Origin: Escherichia coli
GTDB taxonomy: Bacteria > Pseudomonadota > Gammaproteobacteria > Enterobacterales > Enterobacteriaceae
Assembly: GCF_001677475.2 (NCBI RefSeq)
Contig: NZ_CP015229.1
DNA: 64,000 nt
Direction: 5' to 3' (one strand)
Position 1 is the first letter of the stretch. Every line of letters starts with the position of its first letter. This document shows positions 22,906 through 34,022 of the stretch, piece after piece. The notes beneath the pieces were generated by a model, which ran no database searches, had not been told where the DNA came from, and worked only from the letters and a program-made list of their open reading frames with translations. A program made the translations under genes and the position numbers.

Positions 22906-24897
22906 TTACAGCAGCGCTTTGGCTTTCGCAACAACGTTGTCAACGGTGAAGCCGAACTCTTCAAACAGCAGTTCTGCCGGAGCAGATTCACCGAAGGTGG
23001 TCATGCCGACGATAGCACCGTTCAGGCCAACATACTTGTACCAGTAGTCAGCAATGCCAGCTTCCACCGCAACGCGTGCAGTAACCGCTTTCGGCAGTAC
23101 GGATTCACGGTAAGCCGCATCCTGCTTGTCGAATGCGTCGGTAGACGGCATGGAAACCACGCGCGCTTTCACGCCTTCGGCAGTCAGTTTTTCGTAGGCA
23201 GCAACCGCCAGTTCAACTTCAGAACCGGTAGCGATGAAGATCAGTTCCGGCTGACCGGCACAGTCTTTCAGCACATAACCACCGCGCGCGATGTTTGCCA
23301 GCTGCTCTTCAGTACGTTCCTGCTGCGCCAGGTTCTGACGGGAGAGGATAAGCGCAGTCGGGCCGTCCTGACGCTCAACGCCGTATTTCCACGCGACCGC
23401 GGATTCAACCTGGTCACACGGACGCCATGTGGACATGTTCGGGGTCACGCGCAGAGAAGCGACCTGCTCTACCGGCTGGTGAGTCGGGCCATCTTCGCCC
23501 AGACCGATGGAGTCGTGGGTGTAAACCATCACCTGACGCTGTTTCATCAGCGCAGCCATACGTACGGCGTTACGTGCGTATTCCACGAACATCAGGAAGG
23601 TGGAGGTGTACGGCAGGAAGCCACCGTGCAGGGAGATACCGTTAGCAATCGCGGTCATACCGAACTCGCGAACACCGTAGTGGATGTAGTTACCCGCAGC
23701 ATCTTCGTTGATTGCTTTAGAACCAGACCACAGGGTCAGGTTAGACGGTGCCAGGTCAGCAGAGCCGCCGAGGAATTCCGGCAACAGCGGACCGAACGCT
23801 TCAATCGCATTCTGAGACGCTTTACGGCTGGCGATTTTCGCCGGATTAGCCTGCAGTTTAGCGATGAATTCTTTCGCTTTGGCGTCGAAGTCAGACGGCA
23901 TTTCGCCTTTCATACGGCGGGTAAATTCAGCGGCTTCCTGCGGATAAGCTTTCGCGTAAGCCGCGAATTTCTCGTTCCATGCGGATTCTTTCGCCTGGCC
24001 TGCTTCTTTCGCATCCCACTGAGCATAGATTTCAGACGGGATTTCGAACGGTGCATATTTCCAGCCCAGCTGTTCGCGGGTCAGGGCGATTTCAGCGTCG
24101 CCCAGCGGCGCACCGTGGGAGTCGTGCGTACCGGCTTTGTTCGGGGAACCGAAACCGATGATGGTTTTGCACATCAGCAGGGACGGTTTGTCAGTCACTG
24201 CGCGCGCTTCTTCTACTGCGCGTTTGATGGATGCCGCGTCATGACCGTCGATGCCGCGAATAACGTGCCAGCCGTAAGCTTCGAAACGCATTGCGGTGTC
24301 GTCGGTGAACCAGCCTTCAACGTGGCCATCGATAGAGATACCGTTGTCATCGTAGAACGCAATCAGTTTACCCAGCTTCAGCGTACCCGCCAGAGAGCAA
24401 ACTTCGTGGGAGATACCTTCCATCATGCAGCCGTCGCCCATGAAGGCGTAGGTGTAGTGGTCGACGATGTCGTGGCCCGGACGGTTAAACTGCGCCGCCA
24501 GCGTTTTTTCTGCAATCGCCATACCGACTGCGTTGGCAATACCCTGACCCAGCGGACCAGTAGTGGTTTCCACACCAGCGGTGTAACCCACTTCCGGGTG
24601 ACCCGGAGTTTTAGAGTGCAGCTGACGGAAGTTTTTCAGTTCTTCCATCGGCAGATCGTAACCGGTGAGGTGCAGCAGGCTGTAGATCAGCATGGAGCCG
24701 TGGCCGTTGGACAGCACGAAGCGGTCACGGTCAGCCCAGGACGGATTCTGCGGGTTGTGTTTCAGGAAATCACGCCACAGGACTTCGGCAATGTCAGCCA
24801 TACCCATAGGGGCACCCGGGTGACCGGATTTGGCTTTCTGTACTGCGTCCATGCTCAGCGCACGAATAGCATTGGCAAGCTCTTTACGTGAGGACAT
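22906..24897 (-). CDS. tktA: Transketolase 1
   Basis: Protein starts [22 protein letters not shown] (663 aa); 10-codon upstream extension not used. Confidence 0.95.
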   Translation of the reverse strand: MSSRKELANAIRALSMDAVQKAKSGHPGAPMGMADIAEVLWRDFLKHNPQNPSWADRDRFVLSNGHGSMLIYSLLHLTGYDLPMEELKNFRQLHSKTPGHPEVGYTAGVETTTGPLGQGIANAVGMAIAEKTLAAQFNRPGHDIVDHYTYAFMGDGCMMEGISHEVCSLAGTLKLGKLIAFYDDNGISIDGHVEGWFTDDTAMRFEAYGWHVIRGIDGHDAASIKRAVEEARAVTDKPSLLMCKTIIGFGSPNKAGTHDSHGAPLGDAEIALTREQLGWKYAPFEIPSEIYAQWDAKEAGQAKESAWNEKFAAYAKAYPQEAAEFTRRMKGEMPSDFDAKAKEFIAKLQANPAKIASRKASQNAIEAFGPLLPEFLGGSADLAPSNLTLWSGSKAINEDAAGNYIHYGVREFGMTAIANGISLHGGFLPYTSTFLMFVEYARNAVRMAALMKQRQVMVYTHDSIGLGEDGPTHQPVEQVASLRVTPNMSTWRPCDQVESAVAWKYGVERQDGPTALILSRQNLAQQERTEEQLANIARGGYVLKDCAGQPELIFIATGSEVELAVAAYEKLTAEGVKARVVSMPSTDAFDKQDAAYRESVLPKAVTARVAVEAGIADYWYKYVGLNGAIVGMTTFGESAPAELLFEEFGFTVDNVVAKAKALL

Positions 24898-25174
24898 TTT
24901 GACTCCAGATCGGATGATGAAGGGCACGCCCTTAACGACTTGACGACAGCGCGTTTTGGGCTACGCCAGAAAATTTGCCAACAATTTACCGCAAGCCGCG
25001 CGTCATGTACATGGAACATCCTTTTGCCGCTTCAGAAATCTCTGGATCATGCTCGCATGTTGCGCAATCTGCTCGCCCGTCCGCTGCGCTTTTCCTTATA
25101 CTGAGACTGAGCGTCGATTCACCTGCAAACGGCGCATTTTTAGAATAATCCTGACCTTGTGCGGAAGAGAAAAC

Positions 25175-25933
25175 ATGAAAATTCGCGCCTTATTGGTAGC
25201 AATGAGCGTGGCAACGGTACTGACCGGTTGCCAGAATATGGACTCCAACGGACTGCTCTCATCAGGAGCGGAAGCTTTTCAGGCTTACAGTTTGAGTGAT
25301 GCGCAGGTGAAAACCCTGAGCGATCAGGCATGTCAGGAGATGGACAGCAAGGCGACGATTGCGCCAGCCAATAGCGAATACGCTAAACGTCTGACAACTA
25401 TTGCCAATGCGCTAGGCAACAATATCAACGGTCAGCCGGTGAATTACAAAGTGTATATGGCGAAGGATGTGAACGCCTTTGCAATGGCTAACGGCTGTAT
25501 CCGCGTCTATAGCGGGCTGATGGATATGATGACGGATAACGAAGTCGAAGCGGTGATCGGTCACGAGATGGGGCACGTGGCGTTAGGCCATGTGAAAAAA
25601 GGGATGCAGGTGGCGCTTGGTACAAATGCCGTGCGAGTAGCTGCGGCCTCTGCGGGCGGGATTGTCGGCAGTTTATCGCAATCACAACTTGGTGATCTGG
25701 GCGAGAAATTAGTCAATTCGCAATTCTCCCAGCGCCAGGAAGCAGAAGCCGATGATTACTCTTATGATCTTCTGCGCCAACGCGGCATCAGCCCGGCAGG
25801 TCTTGCCACCAGCTTTGAAAAACTGGCGAAACTGGAAGAAGGCCGCCAAAGCTCAATGTTTGACGACCACCCAGCATCCGCCGAACGCGCCCAGCATATT
25901 CGCGATCGTATGAGCGCGGATGGGGTTAAGTGA
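25175..25933 (+). CDS. loiP: M48-family Zn-metalloprotease lipoprotein LoiP
   Basis: ATG at 25175; lipobox VLTGC; HEMGH zinc motif; the 73-codon upstream extension in the ORF track was not used. Confidence 0.85.
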   Translation: MKIRALLVAMSVATVLTGCQNMDSNGLLSSGAEAFQAYSLSDAQVKTLSDQACQEMDSKATIAPANSEYAKRLTTIANALGNNINGQPVNYKVYMAKDVNAFAMANGCIRVYSGLMDMMTDNEVEAVIGHEMGHVALGHVKKGMQVALGTNAVRVAAASAGGIVGSLSQSQLGDLGEKLVNSQFSQRQEAEADDYSYDLLRQRGISPAGLATSFEKLAKLEEGRQSSMFDDHPASAERAQHIRDRMSADGVK

Positions 25934-26018
25934 TTTCATATTTCTCCGACAGGAATGTCGGAGAAATTTTCATTCAGGATCGGTCACAGTCATTAAACAA
26001 GCTCAATCATTGGGGGCA

Positions 26019-27581
26019 TCAATTCGCTTCGTAGATTGCTTTATCCGGTGTATCCGATTGCACCTCTACTACATCGGCAGTGCTTACGCCACAAGCCCAG
26101 GCAAAAGCCGTCTCTGTTCCTTCAGGTAATGGAGTATCCCAGGGTAAAGTACGCCACGGACTCCCCTGCTCTTTTAATAAAGATGTAATGGCTTTCTTAA
26201 AAAGAATATGGGTAATCAGGTGCCGTTTATCCGTTGCTTTCCAGTACCAACGGGCCAGCAAAAAATGTCCGGCCAATTCGCGCCAGCTTCTGTAATGTTG
26301 CTGTACGCGTCTGGCTGCCAGCATCGAAAAATCGACCATTTCACGCTGGGTAATGTATCCCACTTGCGCCCCGCTATTACATAGCATGACAAAGCGCACC
26401 ATATCCCAGGCACAAAAATCTATGTCGCATATTTTACGTCGATTTTTTCTGACCATCTGTAGCTGCCACAAACGCTCTTTCGCTTCGCTACTTAATTTCG
26501 CGTTCTGAGCTAATTGCTGAGCGAACGCGCTATATTCAGCATCCGGCATTTCGCTATCGTTTTTGATCTGTTCTTCATAAACTGAACGATGCCCTGCTAC
26601 AAACAAAGCTAAGAGTTGCTCAAGTAACGAATCCCGATCAAAGACGCCCCACATGTCAGCAAGGGACTCAACTTCACTTTTGCAATCATTCTCTGCTTCC
26701 ACGGAATCATCATTAACGACTCGTCGCGCCCAGTGATTGTTACCCGCAATGGCATAAGGCGCGCCGACTGCCATTGCCCAACGTTCGGCAGCAGGAATTT
26801 TTTGAATTGAGGGATCTTTACAGGATGCTTTGAAAAGGCGATGTCCGGCGAACACCAGGCCATAACCAATCCACAAAACAGCCACCAAGGCGAGAATAAG
26901 TATTATCGCTACCAGATAAAGGGCATATTTGCCTATTGTCAGTAAGACATCCAGCCAGGAAGAGTCTGGCTCCGTAACTGTTTGCTCCACCGATGTCAAA
27001 GGGGACTTACTGACCCGCTCTGGCGCGGTCCTCGTCAACAGAGGGAAATCCCTATGTTGCTTGAATGAGCGTTTTTTAAGCAAATCTATTTTTTTCTGCA
27101 CCTCATCAGTAACCCGACCGTTTTTTTCAAACTCATGTAACGATGCAAAATCAATCGCCGCAATCTTCCATTTACCATCCCCTTCACGGATTAATTCCAT
27201 TGGAATATCAATATAAGATTGGTGACCAAAAAAAGCACCAATCTGCGCCTTGTCGCCTTCGACGAAGGTCGCTAAAGGATCGCTATAACTGGGGAAACGT
27301 CGTTTACACGTTTTGGGTGACTCTTGCCAGTATTTCAGTACAGGCTCCATTAAAGCAGGCGTAAATACTTGCTGCATTTCCACAAGGCGATCGTGCGAAT
27401 CTGTGCTGGTGACAAACTCAGGGCCACATAATGCGCGATAACTCTTTTTGACGACAGAGGAAATAGCTTCTTTGTCTTGTTGCAGCTGTGCGGCAATTTT
27501 CTGTTTTTCTGCTCTATCGCAGCCAGTTGATAAAAGAAATAACAAACAAAGAAGAGGCTTCCAGGGAAGAGTGCGTTCCAT
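26019..27581 (-). CDS. Hypothetical membrane-anchored lipoprotein (520 aa)
   Basis: Signal peptide with lipobox LLSTGC; internal hydrophobic segment LLTIGKYALYLVAIILILALVAVLWIGYGLVFAG; no recognisable catalytic motif. Confidence 0.5.
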   Translation of the reverse strand: MERTLPWKPLLCLLFLLSTGCDRAEKQKIAAQLQQDKEAISSVVKKSYRALCGPEFVTSTDSHDRLVEMQQVFTPALMEPVLKYWQESPKTCKRRFPSYSDPLATFVEGDKAQIGAFFGHQSYIDIPMELIREGDGKWKIAAIDFASLHEFEKNGRVTDEVQKKIDLLKKRSFKQHRDFPLLTRTAPERVSKSPLTSVEQTVTEPDSSWLDVLLTIGKYALYLVAIILILALVAVLWIGYGLVFAGHRLFKASCKDPSIQKIPAAERWAMAVGAPYAIAGNNHWARRVVNDDSVEAENDCKSEVESLADMWGVFDRDSLLEQLLALFVAGHRSVYEEQIKNDSEMPDAEYSAFAQQLAQNAKLSSEAKERLWQLQMVRKNRRKICDIDFCAWDMVRFVMLCNSGAQVGYITQREMVDFSMLAARRVQQHYRSWRELAGHFLLARWYWKATDKRHLITHILFKKAITSLLKEQGSPWRTLPWDTPLPEGTETAFAWACGVSTADVVEVQSDTPDKAIYEAN

Positions 27582-27730
27582 CTATTTATTCCATTAAAAA
27601 CACGGTAATAACAATCCATTAAAAAACAGCAGTCAGGGTAAAGATGACTTAATTAACAGGATAGGTTTTAAATGATAAGTCCCTTGTGCCAGACAAGGGA
27701 CTGTGCAAAAAATTCGACCAGGCAGGTTAC

Positions 27731-28651
27731 TTACTCGCCCTTTTTCGCCGCCTGAATATACAGCATCTCCAGCGCCAGCGTTGCCGCTGCCAGAGCAGTG
27801 ATTTCCGACTGATCGTATGCCGGAGCCACTTCCACTACGTCCATCCCAACGATGTTGAGATCTTTCAGGCCGCGTACCAGTTTAATGGCGCGATCGGAGG
27901 TCAGGCCGCCAATTACCGGCGTACCGGTGCCTGGTGCAAAAGCAGGATCCAGGCAGTCGATATCAAAGGTCAGGTAAACCGGCATATCACCCACAATCTG
28001 TTTCACCTGGGCGATAACATCATCCACGCTGCGATCGTTCACCTGGCAGGCGTCCAGCACGGTAAAGCCGTTGTCTTTATCAAACTCGGTACGAATACCA
28101 ATCTGCACGGAATGATTCGGGTCAATCAGACCTTCTTTTGGCGCGGTATAGAACATCGTGCCGTGGTCAAATTCACAACCGTTCGCATAGGTATCGGTGT
28201 GAGCGTCAAAGTGTACCAGCGCCATTTTGCCGAAATGTTTTGCATGGGCGCGCAGCAGCGGCAGCGTAACAAAGTGGTCACCACCGAAGGAGAGCATACG
28301 CTTACCGGCAGCCAGCAGTTTCTCTGCGTGCGCCTGCAATTTCTCGCTCATCTCACGGGCATCGCCGAAGGCATATACCAGATCGCCGCAGTCCACGACG
28401 TTCAGGCGCTCGCGCATGTCGAAATTCCACGGGAAACGGTTGTGTTCCCAGGCCAGGTTAGTTGATACCTGACGGATAGCCGCCGGACCGTGACGACCAC
28501 CCGCACGACCAGAAGTGGCCATATCGAACGGTACGCCGGTAATCACCCAGTCAGCATCGCTGTCATACGGCTGGAAGTTCATCGGCAGGCGTAAAAAACC
28601 AAAGGCGTTGGAAACCAGTGAGTTATCGTATTGATGCCCTAAGGTGCTCAT
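27731..28651 (-). CDS. speB: Agmatinase
   Basis: 306-aa ORF, arginase-fold Mn-binding motifs (GGDHF, DAHTD). Confidence 0.9.
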   Translation of the reverse strand: MSTLGHQYDNSLVSNAFGFLRLPMNFQPYDSDADWVITGVPFDMATSGRAGGRHGPAAIRQVSTNLAWEHNRFPWNFDMRERLNVVDCGDLVYAFGDAREMSEKLQAHAEKLLAAGKRMLSFGGDHFVTLPLLRAHAKHFGKMALVHFDAHTDTYANGCEFDHGTMFYTAPKEGLIDPNHSVQIGIRTEFDKDNGFTVLDACQVNDRSVDDVIAQVKQIVGDMPVYLTFDIDCLDPAFAPGTGTPVIGGLTSDRAIKLVRGLKDLNIVGMDVVEVAPAYDQSEITALAAATLALEMLYIQAAKKGE

Positions 28652-28680
28652 GGATGGACTCCTATTACAAAGTCGATATA

Positions 28681-28730
28681 AAAAAACCCTTCCGCGTCGT
28701 TAGGCCCGACGAGGAAGGGTTGGATTTGCG
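28681..28730 (-). terminator. Rho-independent terminator downstream of the 243-aa lipoprotein gene
   Basis: Stem aacccttcc/ggaagggtt followed on the minus strand by TTTTTT. Confidence 0.55.
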
Positions 28731-28786
28731 AAACACAAGTTTGTGCTAATTATCGCCTTAAATGGGCGAGGCATCAAGCGAGGTTG

Positions 28787-29518
28787 CTATTTCCGACACG
28801 GTGGCGGCGCATAGCCATTGTTATCTGCTGGAAAAGCTTGTCCAGAGCACGGTGGCAGCGCGTTTTGCGCCGGGCCTTGTAATTCAAAGGCGGCAAAGCC
28901 GATTACCCCGGTATTACGCACATCGCCTTGCGCCGAATTGGCGGCGTAGGAATCAGCAACGTTGGCGAACTGAAAAGCCGCTTCGGTATGTTTATCTTTG
29001 CGGAATCCTTTAATCGCTAACGAATCTCCGGCATTCACAATATAACCGTTGTTATTCAGCGAACCTTGCTTGCCGTTCAGCACATCCAGGCCATCAACCG
29101 TAGCAACGATCTCGTAATTGGTGTTCCGGCTGTAGTTACGGACATATAATTGATAATTCATCCCCACTCTGGCATGAACAATATATCGCGGTTCATTATT
29201 TGATGAATCATAAACTCGCGTAATAGGTAGAGAATTAAAATTCGCATCACGAATAGCATATTCCAGTTCGTTAATACGAATGCTATAAACACGGTCGTAG
29301 CCGGAAGGAATATTTGTCGAATAATTAATAACGATCATCTCTGCCGGATCGCGCCAGGCGCGTTCAGCAGATACGCCCTGAACCGTTGAGTGCACATCTC
29401 CACCCCAGGCAGTGCCGACATTGCCCGATGCACTGCTATTATACTGCGCATTACTTGAGCAACCAGCCAACAACACGACTAATGCCACCAACGCGCTACG
29501 TACTTTCCATTTTTTCAT
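28787..29518 (-). CDS. Hypothetical lipoprotein (243 aa)
   Basis: Signal peptide MKKWKVRSALVALVVLLAGCSS with lipobox; Asn/Ser/Tyr-rich mature part. Confidence 0.5.
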   Translation of the reverse strand: MKKWKVRSALVALVVLLAGCSSNAQYNSSASGNVGTAWGGDVHSTVQGVSAERAWRDPAEMIVINYSTNIPSGYDRVYSIRINELEYAIRDANFNSLPITRVYDSSNNEPRYIVHARVGMNYQLYVRNYSRNTNYEIVATVDGLDVLNGKQGSLNNNGYIVNAGDSLAIKGFRKDKHTEAAFQFANVADSYAANSAQGDVRNTGVIGFAAFELQGPAQNALPPCSGQAFPADNNGYAPPPCRK

Positions 29519-29595
29519 TACCGTTCCCTCTATTTAATTAATACAGCGATTGTAGGGGGGTTATTTAATAATAAAAGCAGCCAAATTATTTTTAA

Positions 29596-29643
29596 GAATA
29601 TATAAAAAGAAAGCGGGCCGATTTACGTAAATAAATCGACCCG
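29596..29643 (-). terminator. Putative terminator of speA
   Basis: Imperfect hairpin gcgggccgattta / taaatcgacccgc followed on the minus strand by a T-rich run. Confidence 0.45.
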
Positions 29644-29661
29644 CCAGCGGAATAATCTTAA

Positions 29662-31638
29662 TTATTCATCTTCAAGATAGGTATATCCGTACAACCCTGC
29701 CTCGAACTCTTCAAGGAACTGTTGTTGCAATTCAGCATCAAGATCGGTTTTCTTCACTTGATCACGGAACTGAGTTAACAGCGTTTTCGGATCGAGCTGT
29801 ACATATTGCAGCATGTCCGCCACGGTATCGCCTTCGTCAGACAGTTCTACTTCTACGCTACCGTCAGGGAAGACGAACACGTCAACCGCTTCGGTATCAC
29901 CGAACAGGTTGTGCATATTGCCGAGGATCTCCTGATATGCGCCGACCATAAAGAAACCGAGCATCGGCGGATTCTCCGGATCGTACTCCGGCATTGGCAT
30001 TGTCGTGGCAATACCGTCACCATCAATATAGTGGTCGATAGCACCGTCAGAGTCACAGGTAATATCCAGCAACACAGCGCGGCGTTCCGGCACTTGATCC
30101 AGCCCTTCCAGCGGCAGAACCGGGAACAACTGGTCGATCCCCCATGCGTCCGGCATCGACTGGAACAGCGAGAAGTTGACGTACATTTTGTCCGCCATAC
30201 GTTCCTGCAGCTCGTCGATAATCGGGCGATGCGCACGGTTTTGCGGATCCAGTTGCTTCTGCACTTCATGGCACATGCTCAGATAGAGTTGTTCTGCCCA
30301 TGCACGTTCTTGCAGATTGTAAGTGCCCGAAGAGTATCCGATATGAATATCGTGCAGATCCATCTGGCTGTCATGCAGCCACTCACGCAGAGAACGGCGA
30401 GTCCCCGGTTCGTGCATTTCCTGCCAGGTTTCCCACATGCTTTGCAGGGCGCGCGGTGCGTCTTCTGCAGGTGCGGTCGGCACCGTGTATTCGTTACGTT
30501 CCACGCCGATGATATTTGACACCAGCACGGTGTGATGCGCAGTCACCGCACGACCCGACTCGGTGATTACCGTCGGATGCGGCAGACCATTTTCTTCACA
30601 CGCATCACCAATCGCCCAGATGATGTTGTTAGCGTATTCATTGAGGCCGTAGTTCACCGAACAGTCGGACTGCGAACGGGTGCCTTCATAATCCACGCCC
30701 AGGCCGCCGCCGACGTCGAAGCACTGAATATTGACGCCCAGCTTGTGCAGTTCCACATAGAAACGCGCGGATTCACGAACGCCTGTCGCGATATCGCGAA
30801 TATTCGCCATCTGCGAACCGAGGTGGAAGTGCAGCAGTTGCAGACTGTCGAGACGCCCGGCTTCACGCAGCGTTTCAACCAGTTGCAGTACCTGAGTCGC
30901 AGCCAGGCCGAACTTCGATTTTTCCCCGCCGGAGGACTGCCATTTACCGGAGCCCTGCGAAGCCAGACGTGCACGCACGCCCAGACGAGGAACGACATTC
31001 AGACGTTCTGCTTCATCCAGCACAATGGCAATTTCTGACATCTTCTCAATGACCAGATAGACCTTGTGGCCCATCTTCTCGCCAATTAATGCCAGGCGGA
31101 TATATTCGCGGTCCTTATAACCGTTGCAAACGATGACGCTACGGGTCATGCCAGCATGTGCCAGCACCGCCATCAACTCCGCTTTGGAACCGGCTTCCAG
31201 GCCCAGCGGTTCGCCCGAATGAATCAGGGACTCAATCACGCGGCGGTGCTGGTTAACTTTGATCGGATAAACGAGGAAGTAATCGCCGTTATAGCCGTAG
31301 GATTCCCGCGCACGTTTGAACGCGGCGTTAATAGAACGCAAACGGTGCTGCAGGATCTGTGGGAAACAGAACAGTGCAGGCAGACGCTGGCCCTGTGCTT
31401 CACGAGTTTTCACTAACTGCGCGAGATCGACGCGAGCTTCCGGGACGTCCGGGTCCGGGCACACGCTAATGTGGCCCAGCTCGTTAACGTCATAGTAGTT
31501 ATTGCCCCACCAGGCAATATTGTAAGTACGCAGCATCTTGCTGGCTTCCTGGGAGCTCATTGCAACCTCCTGCATGGAGCGTAGTACACCGTGTTCGCCC
31601 GCTGACGAAGGCAAACCCATAGACATGTCGTCAGACAT
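29662..31638 (-). CDS. speA: Biosynthetic arginine decarboxylase
   Basis: Protein starts [21 protein letters not shown] (658 aa); 4-codon upstream extension not used. Confidence 0.9.
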   Translation of the reverse strand: MSDDMSMGLPSSAGEHGVLRSMQEVAMSSQEASKMLRTYNIAWWGNNYYDVNELGHISVCPDPDVPEARVDLAQLVKTREAQGQRLPALFCFPQILQHRLRSINAAFKRARESYGYNGDYFLVYPIKVNQHRRVIESLIHSGEPLGLEAGSKAELMAVLAHAGMTRSVIVCNGYKDREYIRLALIGEKMGHKVYLVIEKMSEIAIVLDEAERLNVVPRLGVRARLASQGSGKWQSSGGEKSKFGLAATQVLQLVETLREAGRLDSLQLLHFHLGSQMANIRDIATGVRESARFYVELHKLGVNIQCFDVGGGLGVDYEGTRSQSDCSVNYGLNEYANNIIWAIGDACEENGLPHPTVITESGRAVTAHHTVLVSNIIGVERNEYTVPTAPAEDAPRALQSMWETWQEMHEPGTRRSLREWLHDSQMDLHDIHIGYSSGTYNLQERAWAEQLYLSMCHEVQKQLDPQNRAHRPIIDELQERMADKMYVNFSLFQSMPDAWGIDQLFPVLPLEGLDQVPERRAVLLDITCDSDGAIDHYIDGDGIATTMPMPEYDPENPPMLGFFMVGAYQEILGNMHNLFGDTEAVDVFVFPDGSVEVELSDEGDTVADMLQYVQLDPKTLLTQFRDQVKKTDLDAELQQQFLEEFEAGLYGYTYLEDE

Positions 31639-31646
31639 AGCGAACC

Positions 31647-31778
31647 TCAAATTATTTTATTAAGTGTAAAACAGTTAACGACTATCGCAGCCTGGAACTG
31701 CGATAACAACCCATAAGCACATGGATTTTCCAGCAGTGAATGCTGACGCTCCAACTGCGCAACCGGTTTCTTTTTCAT
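31647..31778 (-). CDS. yqgB: Small protein YqgB (43 aa) immediately upstream of speA
   Basis: Minus-strand translation by eye gives [43 protein letters not shown]; its stop lies 8 bp before the speA start; too short for the ORF track. Confidence 0.7.
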   Translation of the reverse strand: MKKKPVAQLERQHSLLENPCAYGLLSQFQAAIVVNCFTLNKII

Positions 31779-31913
31779 AACATTATTAAGCACATAACCG
31801 AACGTAAGTGTGACAGTTCGGCGAAACCACGAGAAAACTCTTGTTTTTACAAGAGCGCCCTTGTTCAGTCCTCAGTAACTGTAACCAGCTCTTGAATCCT
31901 GAGAAGCGCCGAG

Positions 31914-32129
31914 ATGGGTATAACATCGGCAGGTATGCAAAGCAGAGATGCAGAGTGCGGGGAACGAATCTTCACCAGAACGGTGAGACAGGTTAAGCAG
32001 CAGACAACGGTTCATTATTTCGTATCACCTCCACGGCCGCCTGTTAAGACGAACCCACAAGCCAAAACTCTGATTTCAACCCGGCTGGAAGTGGCAACAC
32101 GAAAGAAACGTCGTGTGCTTTTTATTTAA
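31914..32129 (+). CDS. Small ORF at the position of yqgC (71 aa), doubtful
   Basis: 71-aa ORF in the speA-metK intergenic region; length matches the annotated K-12 yqgC as recalled, sequence not verified. Confidence 0.25.
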
Positions 32130-32432
32130 GCCGCGCGCCGCGTTTTATACCCCACAATGGCAGAAAATTGCAAAAGATAAATACGCAGAATGCCGGCATT
32201 GTCAGGAAAAATTTCCAGCCACGTTTTTAACAGAATGAGACACGATTCAAAAAAAAGTGGAAATAGGGTGAAGAATTGACCTAAAATAGCCGTCCAGATG
32301 TTAATCCATCCATACCGATTAACACTCAGACTGCCAGTGTTTTTAACCTGCAGAGTCGTGGTAGGATCCGCTACCACAGAAAATCCACACAACAGTTTGA
32401 GCTAACCAAATTCTCTTTAGGTGATATTAAAT

Positions 32433-33587
32433 ATGGCAAAACACCTTTTTACGTCCGAGTCCGTCTCTGAAGGGCATCCTGACAAAATTGCTGACCAAAT
32501 CTCTGATGCCGTTTTAGACGCGATCCTCGAACAGGACCCGAAAGCACGCGTTGCTTGCGAAACCTACGTAAAAACCGGCATGGTTTTAGTTGGCGGCGAA
32601 ATCACCACCAGCGCCTGGGTAGACATCGAAGAGATCACCCGTAACACCGTTCGCGAAATTGGCTATGTACATTCCGACATGGGCTTTGACGCTAACTCCT
32701 GTGCGGTTCTGAGCGCTATCGGCAAACAGTCTCCTGACATCAACCAGGGCGTTGACCGTGCCGATCCGCTGGAACAGGGCGCGGGTGACCAGGGTCTGAT
32801 GTTTGGCTACGCAACTAATGAAACCGACGTGCTGATGCCAGCACCTATCACCTATGCACACCGTCTGGTACAGCGTCAGGCTGAAGTGCGTAAAAACGGC
32901 ACTCTGCCGTGGCTGCGCCCGGACGCGAAAAGCCAGGTGACTTTCCAGTATGACGACGGCAAAATCGTTGGTATTGATGCTGTCGTGCTTTCCACTCAGC
33001 ACTCTGAAGAGATCGACCAGAAATCGCTGCAAGAAGCGGTAATGGAAGAGATCATCAAGCCGATTCTGCCGGCTGAATGGCTGACTTCTGCCACCAAATT
33101 CTTCATCAACCCGACCGGTCGTTTCGTTATCGGTGGCCCAATGGGTGACTGCGGTCTGACTGGTCGTAAAATCATCGTTGATACCTACGGCGGCATGGCG
33201 CGTCACGGTGGCGGTGCATTCTCTGGTAAAGATCCATCAAAAGTGGACCGCTCCGCAGCCTACGCGGCACGTTATGTAGCGAAAAACATCGTTGCTGCAG
33301 GTCTGGCCGACCGTTGTGAAATTCAGGTTTCCTACGCGATCGGCGTGGCAGAACCGACCTCCATCATGGTCGAAACTTTCGGTACTGAGAAAGTACCTTC
33401 TGAACAGCTGACCCTGCTGGTACGTGAGTTCTTCGACCTGCGCCCATACGGTCTGATTCAGATGCTGGATCTGCTGCACCCGATCTACAAAGAAACCGCA
33501 GCATACGGTCACTTTGGTCGTGAACATTTCCCGTGGGAAAAAACCGACAAAGCGCAGCTGCTGCGCGATGCTGCCGGTCTGAAGTAA
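32433..33587 (+). CDS. metK: S-adenosylmethionine synthetase
   Basis: Protein starts [32 protein letters not shown] (384 aa); 4-codon upstream extension not used. Confidence 0.95.
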
Positions 33588-33606
33588 TCTTTCTTCACCT
33601 GCTTTC

Positions 33607-33638
33607 AAAGGCCAGCCTCGCGCTGGCCTTTTTCTTTT
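33607..33638 (+). terminator. Rho-independent terminator of metK
   Basis: 10-bp stem aaaggccagc/gctggccttt, loop ctcgc, followed by TTCTTTT. Confidence 0.7.
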
Positions 33639-34022
33639 ACCTCACCGCGGTGGATAGGCGTTCACGCCGCATCCGGCAAAAAGCTGCCCGCACAATAATA
33701 TCATTCTTCCTGAACACGTTTTATCGCAAATTATCATCACTACTGAAACCGATTACACCAACAACACCAGCAAAATATTTGTAATATTTTCATATTATTA
33801 TTCAGTTTTCACAGTTGTTACATTTCTTTTCAGTAAAGTCTTAATTGCAGATAACAGCGTTTAATCTATGATGATATAACTCAATTATTTTCATGCACTT
33901 AAACCATAACTAAGATAAATGTTAGTGTAAGCGATTACACTGATGTGATTTGCTTCACATCTTTTTACGTCGTACTCACCTATCTTAATTCACAATAAAA
34001 AATAACCATATTGGAGGGCATC

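Noticed and set aside
23479-24891. 470-aa ORF on the plus strand entirely inside tktA (antisense); similar long antisense ORFs at 1274-1750, 9476-10450, 11052-11750, 29806-30519, 47108-47725 and 51548-52123
   Set aside because: They overlap, on the opposite strand, genes with strong motif and synteny support. Their translations are Arg/Val/Phe-rich and low complexity, as expected for antisense frames of GC-rich coding DNA.
32126-32392. 88-aa minus-strand ORF in the metK upstream region (position of the doubtful K-12 yqgD)
   Set aside because: It overlaps the metK promoter region, has no convincing RBS and no recognisable motif, so it is not reported as a feature.
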